The position numbers were made by a program, and so were the translations under genes. The notes under the pieces were generated by a model. It saw only the letters and a program-made list of their open reading frames with translations, ran no database searches and was not told the DNA's origin. A stretch of DNA of 63,076 bases, filler included, from Choristocarpus tenellus KU-1152 (Eukaryota; Protista; Phaeophyceae): the NCBI GenBank assembly GCA_964200185.2. It is 9 parts of 9 records of this genome, joined end to end, with 100 filler letters (N's around TTAATTAATTAA, not from the genome) between each part and the next. Parts side by side here need not be neighbours in the genome. Positions count along the whole stretch, not along the records: positions 1 to 6,162 come from CAXNAD020008793.1; positions 6,263 to 10,695 come from CAXNAD020014574.1; positions 10,796 to 19,667 come from CAXNAD020004239.1; 6 more parts are not named here. One strand, written 5' to 3'. Below, piece after piece: positions 1-11,799 of the stretch (the stretch's first letter is position 1; each line of letters opens with the position of its first letter).

Positions 1-439
1 GGCGCCTTGGGAGTTAATTGTAGGGGAAAAAAAAAAAAAAAAACTGGAGGGATTTGCACAGGTTTTTCCCCCCCCCCCCCCCCCCCCAAAAAAAAGGGAC
101 ATTTGCCACACAGAGGGGGGAAATGGACATGCAATAGGGAAGGTCTATGGGGTAGGCGTCAAATTAGAGTAAGCGGGGTGCAGGATGCACAAGAACGACT
201 AATCATGGAACATTTACATCCTGTCTCCGACGCACTTGGCGAAACAAGCAAAAAAAAAAAAAAAATGAGAGTTATTTTGTTGGGAAAAAATAGCTCGGGT
301 TTTGTACTGGATCTCTTCTATTTTTAAAATGATCATATATTGTTAGTTGGCTACCCCACCGGCAAAGTGGACCGGGGAACCCCGCTGTCTTGGGGAACCG
401 TCATTACTTATTCTCACTTCTTCAAACAAAGACTGTGGG

Positions 440-516
440 CTATTTGTCACACACACAGATTAGCGATAGGGTTAGGGTTTGGGTTAGAATTTCGAATAAT
501 GTGTGTGAAAAAATAG
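440..516. repeat. Short imperfect hairpin enclosing telomere-like TTAGGG repeats
   Basis: Arms ctatttgtcacacaca and tgtgtgtgaaaaaatag flank tagggttagggtttgggttag. Confidence 0.45.
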
Positions 517-1099
517 TAAGTGATATTCATCACACGCCACGGCAGTTACATAATATAAACGGATACAGTCTGTAACTATACGTGGAGGGGGAAAAAAAAA
601 AATCGCACTGACAACATGGAAAACAGAGCACGTAGAGTTACCTAAAATAGCATAAAACCACCTCGTAAGGCGTGATATATATACACCAAGCCGTGCATCT
701 ACTCACTTGATAATGAAAAGTACGCCTTCCTACTTCAACATTGGATGTGTAAAAAATCGCAGGTGTGCATTGAGGGTCCCCGGATCGAAGAACTACCGAA
801 AAGCCTTACTACTTAACAAAAGAAAAGAACCAAGAGTTGGACGTATCCACAGGCACGACACCGCTCTACAAACGACGTAAAAGGGAGAGGCAAAAGCCAA
901 AAACGTATAAATAATCTTTTTGACAAAAGGCGCAGGTTAAAAACGCGAACGACCTCAGAGCTTTTTCTTTTTTTTTTTGCTTCTCTATGCCTGAACGCCT
1001 GCGGGAAGTGCTTCCGGTTCATCGACAATTAAAAAATACGATGCTAACGATGAAATTCTGGGAAGATGGCTTGCCTACCTAGTCTTGCCGAGCTTGAGC

Positions 1100-3430
1100 A
1101 CGTACGTTGTCTCGTCTACCCTCTTTGCCATGACGCCCTTTGACGATCCCCGCGGCATACGCATTTGCTTTGCAAGAGCTTCCAACGCCGTATTAGAAGC
1201 TCGGCCAAGTTGGCAAACAAAGATCTTTGCCTTGTGTTGTTGTTATTGTTGTTGTTATTGTTGTTGTTATTGTTGTTGTTATTGTTGTTGTTGCGTGCAA
1301 GACGGGGAAAAGGTTGACTCAAGTGCTGTCACATCCCTTCTCATGTAGCGGTGCCAAAGGTCTCCCTGAGAACCGTTACTCTTGTGCTATGGTACTTGAG
1401 ATACAATCGTAACTAAGATGGGTCTCTCTCTCGCTTCCCCCCCCACCGATAGTTTCACACTTAGAGGATGATTGTTTCGCATCAGATGTGCCGTGTAGCG
1501 AGGAATTGCTCGAAGTGCATTTCTATCACGTATAGGTGACGTATAGGAAGAGCAGACTAGGGTAGGCGACACAACGTGGCTCAATTTTTGTTTAAGTAGG
1601 TACTTCAATTATCTGACAAAATCATTTTTCTTATACTAAGCAGCAGTAGGCACAACACACATCGGAGGAGTACTTTGTGAGAGATAATCTCCAAATGCAG
1701 TACATTGTGGGTCACAGCACAAAAAACACGCGCGCGCACGCGCACGCGCACGCACACATTGCTTCACTGTATGATGCCAATGCATCACACAGATACTCTA
1801 TCCCAATGGTCCCCTTGTAGGACAAGTACACTGGACCAACAAAGAAAGCACCCCAAAGCACAACAGAAGCAGTATTAATAGGATCTTAAGCTTGGGATAT
1901 CCAGCAAAGGTTTAGCCACAGAGATGCAAAGGAACAACACAAACACTCACCTGCGCCTTGGTCAAACCAAGGTCAACAAGCTCTCGATGCAAGCCACCAT
2001 CGTTGAAGGCGTGCAGCGGGATGAGAGGGTCACCTCCTCGTTCCTCATGAAGTTTGCGGCTGAACTGGAGGGGAGTGACAGGGGTCGGAGGAGTGGAGTC
2101 GAGACAAAAGTTCACTGGGGTGCACATACGCAAAAGACCGAAAATGTTGAATAGCCTACGTGTGGTCTCCATAGAGGCGAAAATATGTCACTACTGCGCC
2201 TTAGTTGCAAGGAATCAACGGGGACAAAGAAAGTCGCACACTGTGAACTGATGGTGCCCTATTTTGGATTAGGCTGCTGAATCTGAAGCTGGGGTGCCTT
2301 GTAGGCAAGGTAAGAAAAAGTTCAGGACTTTCATCGTGACGATGTACTTTGGATTTGGCGAGACTGACCTGCCACCTTTCAAACACCTCGTTCTTCAACT
2401 TGATGCCAAGCTCTTTCCCAAGGACCTGTTGAACGACCGGTGAGAGAGAGTAAGGCAGGTGGGATCTATCTCTCTCAGCAGACACAATGGCAAGATGGAA
2501 TGGTACATATCCACATAAGCCTAATCAGTATCGAAGAGCACAGGAAACAGATGCGGACACATCAAGGACGTGCTGGTACCTAAACTGACTACTTTCCCTC
2601 AGATGGATATCACAGCCGACTACCACGCATCTACATATTATCCCAGGGTAAATCTGACCGCAATGCACCAGAAAAACTGCATCGAGAGGGATGACGATAA
2701 GACAGAGGATCAGATTTGGACGACACATCCACTGGGCAGATGGCAAGCTAGAACTCGCCTGAAAACGGGAGAAGACCCTGGCCACTGCCTGCTGCCTGAG
2801 AATCTCGTCATGTGGGCTCACCATCATCGGAACGCATCCCTTTCCCGACGAAAAAAGAGATGACGATCCCTTAGAGGTGTCAGAGGCCAATACCCTTCCC
2901 ATTGAAATGTGTGGGTTCCAAATGGTGTTGTTCCACCCTGTCTCTGGTACACACCGCCCATCATCTCCCTCACTTAGAGATACAATTCGTTCAAACGCGG
3001 TTTGACAAGCAGAAGAGAATGGACAGGGGATAAGAGGTCGAGGAGGTGACATGGTAGTTGAAGGAGTCGGCCATCAGCGTATCCAACTCGAGCTCTTGAT
3101 AGCTCAAGCATTTCATACAAACTGACCAAACGTTCAAAGAGCTGTTTCGAGATGGTCATAGAGATGAAATGCGAAAATATCCTTAGGGTCGTGGATGATA
3201 TGGTAGGAGAGGAGAGAGGTTACAACTACACCACTACATTCTCACTCGCACTCACAAGCACCGTCACTTGAGACCTCGTCCCACCTCATCCCGTCCGTTT
3301 CCTCATTTTCACACGAAATCTCACTCTCATCTTCCACCATTCCATTCATGATGGATAGGAGCTCTTCATCTCCCCTCAACCTCGACATCGCTCCTATCTA
3401 CTTTGCAGCACTATGCTACCATCAACCAAG
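1100..3430 (-). pseudogene. Decayed multi-exon gene with short introns, possibly a ParB-family paralog
   Basis: Coding-like blocks on the minus strand: LVDG..H..IGAMSRL (needs indels), SKQLFERLVSLYEMLE, TAFERIVSL...EILRQQAVARVFSRFQ, FSRKLHEERGGDPLIPLHAFNDGGLHRELVDLG. Confidence 0.3.
1234..1292. repeat. (TTGTTGTTGTTA)n microsatellite
   Basis: Directly visible; produces the poly-Asn, poly-Cys and poly-Val ORFs in the track. Confidence 0.95.
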
Positions 3431-5014
3431 TTTCGAACAAAGAGCCAAGTGCTAATCGTTCGATATAATCGAGATGCAAAAAATCGAACATTATCAAAAA
3501 CGTGCTGATATTATTAACATTGCATACAAACAACGATACGACATCTATAGTTCGTTCTGTTTAATTGTGATATTGCGATCCCATCTTGGTAAGTTCAGGC
3601 AGGCAGTGTGCAGATGAAGAACTATTGCATACTCTGACGATAAGGTAAATATCACTATCCCTAATCCACTTCATCTTGGAATTTTGGGCATACATTCACT
3701 TCACATCGATGACAGGAGGCAGAGTACACACACTGTTTTGTAGTTTGAGGTCAGACAAGGCGTTCTTCACTAAAGATGTGTTCTTGTCCTCTCACCCATC
3801 AACATCATCTTCACCGTTACAGTGTAAGCATATTTACCTTATCGTTAGGATCTAGGATACTATAAATGGAGCTGAGAAAAACAGTGAGGTCGAAGAGGTG
3901 ACCAAGAGGTAGGTAGTAAAGAAGTATTTTGAACGATGTCTGTTTGTGGGGTATAAAATATGCTGACAATGTGGGTAATCTAAGGCCAAAGGAAATCTGA
4001 CCAGGATGATCGCAGTGATTGTGACAAAGGTGACTAGGGCATTTGGACTGACCATATCCAACCTGAGACCGAAATCATTATATATATATATATATATATG
4101 AATGTGCCTTTGACCTTCCCCAACAAGGGCAAGCAAGTTTGGCTGAATATCGAAGTGATGGGTAGACCATTTAAAGCATGAGTGGCCCCAGGACTCATAA
4201 CCTCTTAAAACCCAACAGTCATGGGCCGATGAAGAAGTGGTTATCCCATTGCGAGGATTGAAACACAATAAGAAACATTGCCCATACAACAATAAGGAAC
4301 CTGTAACGTTTCAAACTATCCCCATAGGCCTCAATTCACAAATTAACAGCCGATCACCAAAATTGAGGATGGAGCATTTTATGGAGGATGAGTTTGACCC
4401 ACAATGGTGCGCGGAAATTGCCCATATGTTTTTTTGTAAATGTTGCGGCACTTTTTAAGGGTCCCTTCTTCTTGAATGGGAATCCGTGCCGAAGGTGGTA
4501 GTAGGACAGTGTGTGGGGGGCAGTAATGATTTCGTTTAGTCGTCGTGCATATGTATGCCCTGCGTTGGCTTGCTTACTTGAATAATTTGTGCAGTCGGTG
4601 GAGTCGTTTGACTGTCAATGATGGAGGTGGTAGAAAAAAATAGTACTTCGAAGTAGTTTTTTTCGGGGCGGCGTTTCATCGTCATTATGGATGGTTGACT
4701 GACAAGAAGAGAAGAAGAAGTGTTATTTTTCCATTTTACTATATTGTTTATCAATTATTGCTATCGCCGCCAAGTAGAGGAAGAAGCTAACATTGAGTGC
4801 ATATAAGTATTGACATTATATGATAATCGACCTCTTTGTACGAAATTGTCAGTCATGCCCGAGATATCGATTGTTGCGATCTGCCCCCCCCCCACCCCAC
4901 CCGTCAGATACTACGACCTGCATTTATCTATTTTCTCGTGCAAGTTGTTGGACTTGTAATACATCGCAAGAGAACAACAGGGAGAAGGGAGAATAAGGCC
5001 AAAACAGCCCAGGG

Positions 5015-5087
5015 CTAAAATATAGTAAAAAAAAATCTTGCATCACATAAAATAAAATAAAACATCAGCTTTTTTCATTTGCTGCTC
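5015..5087 (+). repeat. Dispersed repeat, probable transposon end (second copy at 49400-49472)
   Basis: ctaaaatatagtaaaaaaaaatcttgcatcacataaaataaaa...tttgctgctc is nearly identical at both loci; both end in CTC. Confidence 0.8.
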
Positions 5088-5347
5088 ATTCATTGTACCC
5101 CTCCTCCCCCCGCCACCGCGCGAAATTCTGCACGTCACCTGAAGCAATAATGGGCGCTGACTCTGGTATGCATGTTACATGGAGTTCAACTGACACACGA
5201 ACTACCTGCTTGAACTAACTACTGGACGAACGAGGCATCATCAACAAAAACACTCCTATATCCTCTGTTTGCCGTTGGTCAATCATTACTCTGCCAACGT
5301 GTGCGCCCGCCCGCCTCTCCTTCCCACCCCCCGTCCCGATTATCTTC

Positions 5348-6100
5348 TTACTCCTCTTCATCATCCCCTTCATCCTCCTCTCTATCATACTCTTCATCAT
5401 CCTCTTCTTCCTCCTCGTCCTCCTCCGCGTCGCTGACATACTCCGGCTCGTCTTCCATGGCAGAATCACCAGCGCCCCTCCATACCTTGCGACCTTTCCC
5501 CTTTCCACCAGTGCGGGAAGAGAGACACTTACGCTTTCTAGTGGTCATTGGCGTCAAGTCCGAGTCTGAATCCAGCACTTCGAACCCACGAGAATGCACT
5601 ACTCTAAGACCCGGGAGCACGTTGAATGGTGATCTGGTGTCATTCTTTGCCCGGGGTTTGCACACCCTCCCGACTACGGGCGTGACGAACATCTGCCCGG
5701 GGCCAACCAGGGAGACGGGGAGGAGGACCTGGTCACAGCTTCCGCTCTGCGGCACTTTTGACGTGAATTCAATGTTGGCGTCGTCTGCCTTCTCGGTCCA
5801 ACGCATGTAGTAGAGAGGGCAAGTGGCTGCCACGCACAAGTAGAGCTCTGCGCGCTGCCCACACACCTCCATTCCAGGCGAAAGCATGCGCTTGAGCTGT
5901 CTGTTGTTGGCCACATGAAGCAGACAAATGTACTGTTCTTCTTGGTCTTCAAGAGAGATCAAACTGAAGGCCTCTGATCGAGAGTTGCACAAGTCGAGAT
6001 CACCCCATGCAGGGAGGTCATTTCCGCCGACTTTGTAGTCTTTCCCTTCAAGCGGGAATAAGGCCATTTCCGCGGGATTCGAGGACGAGCTTGCACACGG
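5348..6100 (-). CDS. Terminal exon encoding a divergent SET-like domain, a basic NLS-like stretch and an acidic tail
   Basis: Open frame of ~250 codons after a ctcag acceptor. MALFPLEGKDYKVG..WGDL, CPLYYMRWTEKADDANIEF and LVGPGQMFV follow SET motif order, then RKRK and a D/E tail. Confidence 0.5.
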   Translation of the reverse strand, partial: PCASSSSNPAEMALFPLEGKDYKVGGNDLPAWGDLDLCNSRSEAFSLISLEDQEEQYICLLHVANNRQLKRMLSPGMEVCGQRAELYLCVAATCPLYYMRWTEKADDANIEFTSKVPQSGSCDQVLLPVSLVGPGQMFVTPVVGRVCKPRAKNDTRSPFNVLPGLRVVHSRGFEVLDSDSDLTPMTTRKRKCLSSRTGGKGKGRKVWRGAGDSAMEDEPEYVSDAEEDEEEEEDDEEYDREEDEGDDEEE

Positions 6101-6162
6101 CTGAGCATTGCGGAAGACAAAGACGGTGGTGGGGTTGGGTGGGGTCGAGGGGTGTTGGGGGG

Positions 6163-6262
6163 NNNNNNNNNNNNNNNNNNNNNNNNNNNNNNNNNNNNNN
6201 NNNNNNTTAATTAATTAANNNNNNNNNNNNNNNNNNNNNNNNNNNNNNNNNNNNNNNNNNNN
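6163..6262. other. Artificial scaffold spacer N44-TTAATTAATTAA-N44
   Basis: The same 100-bp spacer occurs at 10696-10795, 19668-19767, 23136-23235, 34817-34916, 39445-39544, 49300-49399 and 57658-57757. Confidence 0.98.
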
Positions 6263-6532
6263 GTGGCGCAAAGGGGAGGAGGGCGGGGGAGGGAGTTGTG
6301 CGGGGGCGGGGGGCGGGGAGGAAGACCGACCCGGCTTTAGTGTACAGTTTGGTTATGGCTGCGTGTCACGCAGCGGGTCGCTATGCGGAAGGCTTGGCTG
6401 TGATGTCTATGGCAAGGAGCGATGGCGTGAGAGGGGATTACAACTTCTACCGAGGGGGTCTTAGTTGCTGTGCTGGGGTTGGGGGTGCGGGGGGGGCAAG
6501 AGAAGCAGATCGCATCTTGGAGGAGATGGAAT
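6263..6532 (+). CDS. Pentatricopeptide-repeat protein, exon (5' end truncated by the gap)
   Basis: VYSLVMAACHAAGRYAEGLAVMSMARSDGVRGDYNFYRGGLSCCA matches the PPR pattern; donor site is uncertain. Confidence 0.8.
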
Positions 6533-9500
6533 GTGAGGAAGGCGTTTGAAGGAGGCGTTTGTTTTTTTCGAAACTTTGATGTGTGTCTGTGTGTGTTTTA
6601 CTACACTAAAATTAAGCTGGTTGGTTTGGGTTGATGTGGCACAGGGGCGGGTGGAGGGGTCATTTGTGGCTCAGACGCGGAGGGGTTTGCTGTGTGTGCA
6701 ACTGCGTCTGCTTGTAGGCTTTTCCTCTTAAGCTGTTACCAGTGATCCCATGACTCCCGACTCTTGTTACAAAAGCAAGCGTTTTAAGCATGTCATACAG
6801 GAGTTCAGCAAGGTGGTCATTGATTGTGCACTGATAAAGTATGGTATGTTGGGATGGATTGAGGACCTCGTGTGTTTGTGGTTTGTGAATGCGACTGTTG
6901 TCATTGTGTTGGGAAGTGACTGTTGGGTCTGGGATCTACTGTGTTGAAAGCTCTCAATGGACAAGTCACACCTACTATATTTTTTGGATGCATCTACAAG
7001 GTAGCACACCCACCCTCTCCAATCTGATATCAGGTTGACTAATGCTTTCCCTTTCACTCTTGCTCTCTCTCGTCTGTACTCTTTTCTGTCACTCCTGTAT
7101 CTTGTCTTGTCACTTTTGGTTTTGTCCTTTATGTTCTCGTGTGATGTTGAATGATGTGCTGACTGATTGATTTATGTTGTGGGGTGGGGTTTGCTTTTGG
7201 TCCCTGGTCAGTGGTGGGCGTGAGATGTCCAGTGGAGGGATACACCCTTGCGGCCCAGGTGCAGTAATAGTGGAAATATGACAATTGAAATAGGCAATGG
7301 TTTACTCGTTTTTCTCCTTTCACTCCAGTTGTACGGTCGGTTACATGCCTACGAGGTTTGTCTAACTGTTTGTAACGACATTTGTAACTGTAAGATAAAC
7401 TGAGGTAGTTAATGCTGTCGTTGTCTTTGCCATAGTGAGAATCGGGTGGGGAGGGAATTTCGACTGTGCGGTTTGTTTTATAAAAACGTAAGAAATAAAT
7501 AAAAGTATTTTTTTTACGATGTTTGCAGTCCAACTTTGCAATTGTAGTATTATGCTCTAGTCTACGGTTTGGAATTGGGTATGTTTTTGGCAGTTACAGT
7601 TACAGTTACAGTTTTGGATGTACCTGTTTCTCCTATGGTCAACAATGATGACAACATGACCCTTCCGTGGTTGTGGACGGCAATGGCACGGGACTCTAAA
7701 CTATCCTTATGCACAGTGATGTATAGGAAACACCAACTACAGTAATGGGAGCAGAGCAAAGGAGTGTGTAGATTATTTACATTATTTATTTGTCCAAAAT
7801 TAAAAATATTTTTAGGTGTATTCGGTGCATGTGTCATCTAGGACTTTAGTCTGGGTAACCAAATAATTTTTATGGTGTTGGTGGAATGGTATGACTAACT
7901 AGCTGTGAAAGAAGCTGATGACGGTATGACCATGTTGAGTATATACCATCAGCAGTAAATGCGTATATTGGTGGTGTATTGTATAACCTCATAACGTTCC
8001 GCTGATCCCCCCAGGGTCTGGTTGGCGTAGATCTCCGATTTGGCCTCAAAATCGTTGGCCCTCCCCCAAAAATGTCTATGTTTGGTGCCGTAATTTTAAA
8101 TGTAGTGTTTTATTACTAGTACAACAGTACCAGGGTGAAAGGCAGTTGAATGATTGAATGCCCATAAGTAATGAATGAATTAGTAGATAGCTTTTCGGAA
8201 GGAACTGATAGGTAGGGATCAAAACTTGTCATTATAGGCTGCTGCTTCTTTTTCTACTTTTTGAGAGGCAAAAATTGCATAGTTTTTTTTTAATCGCTAC
8301 CAAAGCCGTCACAGTCTATTTAATCCGAGTGTGGTTCGTTGGGAATATCAGGATACTGTCGTTCCACAGGTACACTCTTGGCTCGAAGTATCTGGAGGGG
8401 GGTCTACACCAGGGTGTCCATTTGGGCCCTGACCAGGAGAAGTTTACTTACAATATCCATCCAACGCATGCAACCAAATCACCCAAAAATCGTGACATGG
8501 AAGAAGGGACCCAAAATGGACAGCCACCACCCCCCCGCCTCCGCCCCTCCAAATACTTTGTGCCTCTTCACCTACAGGGGAGTCGTAGCGGTTGCACAGT
8601 GGTGCCTGTAAGTTGAGAGGTCAGTTTTGAGAATCTGTGATCAGGTTGGGAATAATCTCGATCTGACGATGTGGAATGAAGCAATGGACTCTCCATACCG
8701 TACTGTACTGGGTAGCTGGTCACGGTGCTCCACTCCAAGAGATGAGATTGACACACTTCATAGTCTTTTGAAAGATACAAGTGAGACGATACAAGGGGTA
8801 TCACAATTGGGCTTATGAGGACTTTTGTGACAGTCCAGATCATGGGGAAGTGCAATACTTGTAGAAAACATGTGCAAGGGGTTGAATCCGCTAAAGGGGA
8901 CGAAGATGATGGTCGAGTTGGTAGCCTTGAGAAGTGAAGTTGCCAAATGTGTCAGGGCTAAGAAGAAAGAGCTGAATCCAAGTGAGGAGGATGAAGAGGA
9001 TGAGCTGAGGGAGGAGAACATCATTGCTCCTTTAGGACTGAGGATGGCATGTTGTGAGCGTCAGGGATTGAGGAGGATGTAGAAGAGATAGAGGAAGAGG
9101 AAGGCAGGGGATGTGGATAATGAGTTGGATGGAGACATGGCTGCCCATGTAGAGATTTAAAGAAACAGCGAGCCTGCGTGAGCACGAAGAAACTTCCACG
9201 GTTCACTTCTTCAGTAACCGGAGCATTTTGTGAACAATGAGGCCTGGAAGGCCAGTTCCACACATCAACACGAAGGGATAGATGTTTGTCTTTGTCTTCC
9301 CCCCACCCCACCCCACCCCACCCCCCTCACCCGTCCACAAAAAACATGTGTGGGAATAATAATATGTTATTGTAGGTGCGTCCCAGCACAGTACGGTTAC
9401 AGTAGAGTCACGGTATTACAACTGGACAACGGTATAGTCGTTGTACTAGATACCATCTGGACGGTAAGATGTGGTTCATGGTCAACACGGTATGGTTACG

Positions 9501-10032
9501 GAATTCTGACAGTATTGCATGGTTTTCGGATGTCTCCGCAGTTACAAATGATTGGGTAGGGACTTCCGACAGTAGAGTTGTGGTGTAGACTAACTGTGGA
9601 CAATTTTCCCAACTGTAACTGTAACTGTGAAAAGTGAACGTTTTTTTTTGCCACAGTATATTTTTTTTATTGCGTAGACCCCAGGAAGTTGGGGTGTGGG
9701 AAGTGCAGTGAAGGTGTACTTTTGGGGGGTTGGGACATTGCACAAGGTTTGTGGTTGTGTGTGAGCAAAGGGATTGAGGGCAGGCAAGAAGGACAAGGCT
9801 GGGTTGAAATGTTTATTCTTAAACAAACAGACCACTTGGCTTGAAAATCCGGACCCTCACCTCCCCCCCATCTGAATCAATCCCAAGGTATCTCAATTCT
9901 TGCCCCATCGGATGACCCCTCAGTGCCCCTCAGTGCAACCTAGTATAATTTTCCTTGGGCTTTTCCTGGCGACCTGAGTCTCTATGTTCCTTTTGTTTTG
10001 TTTTGTTTTGTTTTTTGTGTAAACGAACACAG

Positions 10033-10533
10033 GCCTATGGCGCAGCGGGGAGATGGGAGGACGCTCTTGCTATCCCCCACCTTTTGACTGCACCATCGTC
10101 AGGGGTGAGGGGTGAGGGAAGAGGTGCTGCTGAGGTGAAAAAGAACCACAGTGTTCAGTTCAAACCAGACACAATCCTCTTCTGCAGTATTATTAGTGCC
10201 TGTGGAGAAGGGAAAGCCTGGCGAGAGGCTGTGGCAGTGGTCCAATCTATGCGTGAAAATGCTGCAGCCTATGCTTCTGCCCAGGGCGGTGCTGGGACTG
10301 AGGTGGGCACCAGCTCTGGGGCTGAATCCTATCCTCCTCATCCTGACGTGGCTGTGTATGGGTGTGCCTGCCGGGCCTGTGCACTTTCTGGACAGTGGGA
10401 GGCGGTCCTTGGTCTCATAGAGGATATGCGGGTAGATAAGGTGGCACGTGATGTGGGGGTGTATGCGTCATTGATGAGGGCATTGGCTGCGGTGGGGGAG
10501 TGGGAAAGGGCCATCAGTGTGGTCATGGAAGAG
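10033..10533 (+). CDS. Pentatricopeptide-repeat protein, exon
   Basis: Bounded by acag| and |gtgagg, 501 nt. PDTILFCSIISACGEGKAWREA, PDVAVYGCACRACALSGQWEAVLGLIEDM, RDVGVYASLMRALAAVGEWERA. Confidence 0.92.
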
Positions 10534-11799
10534 GTGAGGTGTGGCAGTAATTGGATTGGTATTCTCGATTTCTTGTTTCAGGGAGGGGGGGGGTGGGGGG
10601 GGGGGGTATTGTTCTTGATAGGTCTGTTCCAGTTTTGGAGTGTTTGTCTGTTTGGCCTTTGCCGGTAGGTGGGCCGTCCTATCTTAGTAGCATTTNNNNN
10701 NNNNNNNNNNNNNNNNNNNNNNNNNNNNNNNNNNNNNNNTTAATTAATTAANNNNNNNNNNNNNNNNNNNNNNNNNNNNNNNNNNNNNNNNNNNNCTGTA
10801 CTGCTGTATGGTAGCATGAGTCAGGAAGAAGGGCACTCTTCGCGACAATTTTTTCGCGCGCGCCACTCTCGCGTGAATATATCTGGCATTTTGTGCCAAA
10901 TCGCCCGAATACGAGAATGAATTCCGATACAAAATCATAATTTTTGGGGGCATGTCGAAAAAAAGCGGTACAGAATTGAATATTTTGAATTTGGTTCATA
11001 ATATTTGGCCCAAAATAGGCTAACCTACTGTATTGACTTGGTCATCTATTTTATTCTAGTTTTATTTTTGAACCTCAACAGCACAACTTCAACGTCCACA
11101 GTCAGATACACAAGTAGCGAAAACTACGAAGTCTCGTCTAAATGTTCAAAACAACACTTCTCTTGAAATCACATCGCAAAAATGTTCCCAAGTTGCTGTG
11201 ATTAGATGAGTTGAGCAACAAATATTCGATGTTTTTCATACAGTGATAGTTGCATAACTGTCATCAATATATGTTGGGAGATATTATCAAAGGTTGCCTT
11301 GTTTTCTTGAGTAGCGATACTTGCGTAGACATTTTTCATTCAGAACGTACTCTAAAAACAGGAAGTCGTTGGAGATATAGATGCAACACTGACTTTTGCC
11401 TGTGTCCTGAATCAAATCTATATGCGCAAACTAGAAGCAGTCCATAGATTTGCGTAACAACAACAATCGCACTAATTTTTAATTTTGCTTTGTCGCTCAA
11501 AAGTCTGCGTTGCTATGCAGGGTAAAAAGAGAAACCCAGGTATAACACACTAGGACCAAATACTTGGCATAGGACGCAATTAGCGTTATCACATATTGTC
11601 AGATCCTATAAGACAAAGAGAAAAGAAAAGTGTTAGTGTCGGACCCAGTCCATATAATCCAGAACACCACTCATCACGTACCATTAAAAGAAGGGATAGA
11701 TTAAAAATAGAGAAAATACGAAAGGCAGTATTCAGCAGGCAGTGGTGAGTTTGCTTGTGCTCTAATCTGCTTGGGATGCCTTAGCAGGTGCTGTAGTAT

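Noticed and set aside
1-270. ORF 7-327 and long homopolymer runs here and near other contig ends
   Set aside because: Typical low-quality contig-end sequence.
1085-1412. Poly-Cys, poly-Val and poly-Asn ORFs
   Set aside because: They are translations of one microsatellite.
3852-4292. Weak resemblance of YLLVTSSTSLFFSA to the hAT dimerisation motif
   Set aside because: The key SER-x-FS residues are missing; too degenerate to call.
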